Of a stretch of DNA of 64,000 nt, positions 63,935-64,000 are shown in pieces. The stretch spans positions 12,067-76,066 of the forward strand of contig JBNKDM010000002.1 of NCBI GenBank assembly GCA_050288245.1. Reading direction: 5' to 3'. A program made the translations under genes and the position numbers. Each line of letters starts with the position of its first letter. Position 1 is the stretch's first letter. Below the pieces are notes generated by a model that had not been told where the DNA came from, did not search any database, and saw nothing but the letters and a program-made list of their open reading frames with translations. The DNA comes from Sedimenticolaceae bacterium. GTDB lineage: Bacteria; Pseudomonadota; Gammaproteobacteria; Chromatiales; Chromatiaceae.

Positions 63935-64000
63935 CAGCATACATCACGATAATGAACAAATTATCGTCATTCAGATATTGGTAAAATGAGTTCTACTACC

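Overview
This 64-kb window is chromosomal DNA from a Gammaproteobacterium. The gene order matches the E. coli/Pseudomonas dapD-glnD-map//rpsB...dnaE-accA-tilS region. Rhodanese genes and exosortase-type sorting tails hint at a sulfur-oxidising environmental lineage, but taxonomy cannot be fixed from this sequence alone. Roughly 70% is conserved housekeeping, in four blocks. (1) dnaK (5'-truncated by the window edge)-dnaJ-dapB. (2) oxyR, then ffs (SRP 4.5S RNA)-dnaX-ybaB-recR-hinT. (3) glnD-dapL-lysA and map on the minus strand, then the long plus-strand run rpsB-tsf-pyrH-frr-uppS-cdsA-dxr-rseP-bamA-skp-lpxD-fabZ-lpxA-lpxB-rnhB-dnaE-accA-tilS. (4) smc-zipA-ligA. Two stretches are less conserved. 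The first, ~36.9-46.2 kb, sits between tilS and smc and is AT-richer by eye. It holds a tandem-cNMP-binding/rhodanese fusion, a 192-aa orphan, a secreted Arg/Tyr-rich mini-protein, three hot-dog-fold proteins, a ferritin-like protein, an RluA-family pseudouridine synthase, a two-gene UDP-sugar cassette and a unimodular queF. The second, ~53-64 kb, holds a choice-of-anchor-A surface protein, a periplasmic tandem rhodanese, a PhnD-like binding protein + histidine kinase + HD-GYP response regulator, a di-haem cytochrome c peroxidase, and a 1017-aa PhnD-PAS-GAF-PAS-HD-GYP fusion. I saw no rRNA, tRNA, CRISPR array, transposase, integrase or phage gene. I did not find a clear multi-gene novel system such as defence, secretion or RiPP. 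The best leads are the cNMP/rhodanese operon with its orphan partner, the duplicated PhnD-domain/HD-GYP signalling module around ccp, the Arg/Tyr-rich secreted peptide, the orphan sigma54-driven FliK-like gene, and the replacement of dapD by dapL-lysA next to glnD. All homology calls come from motif recognition by eye; no searches were run.
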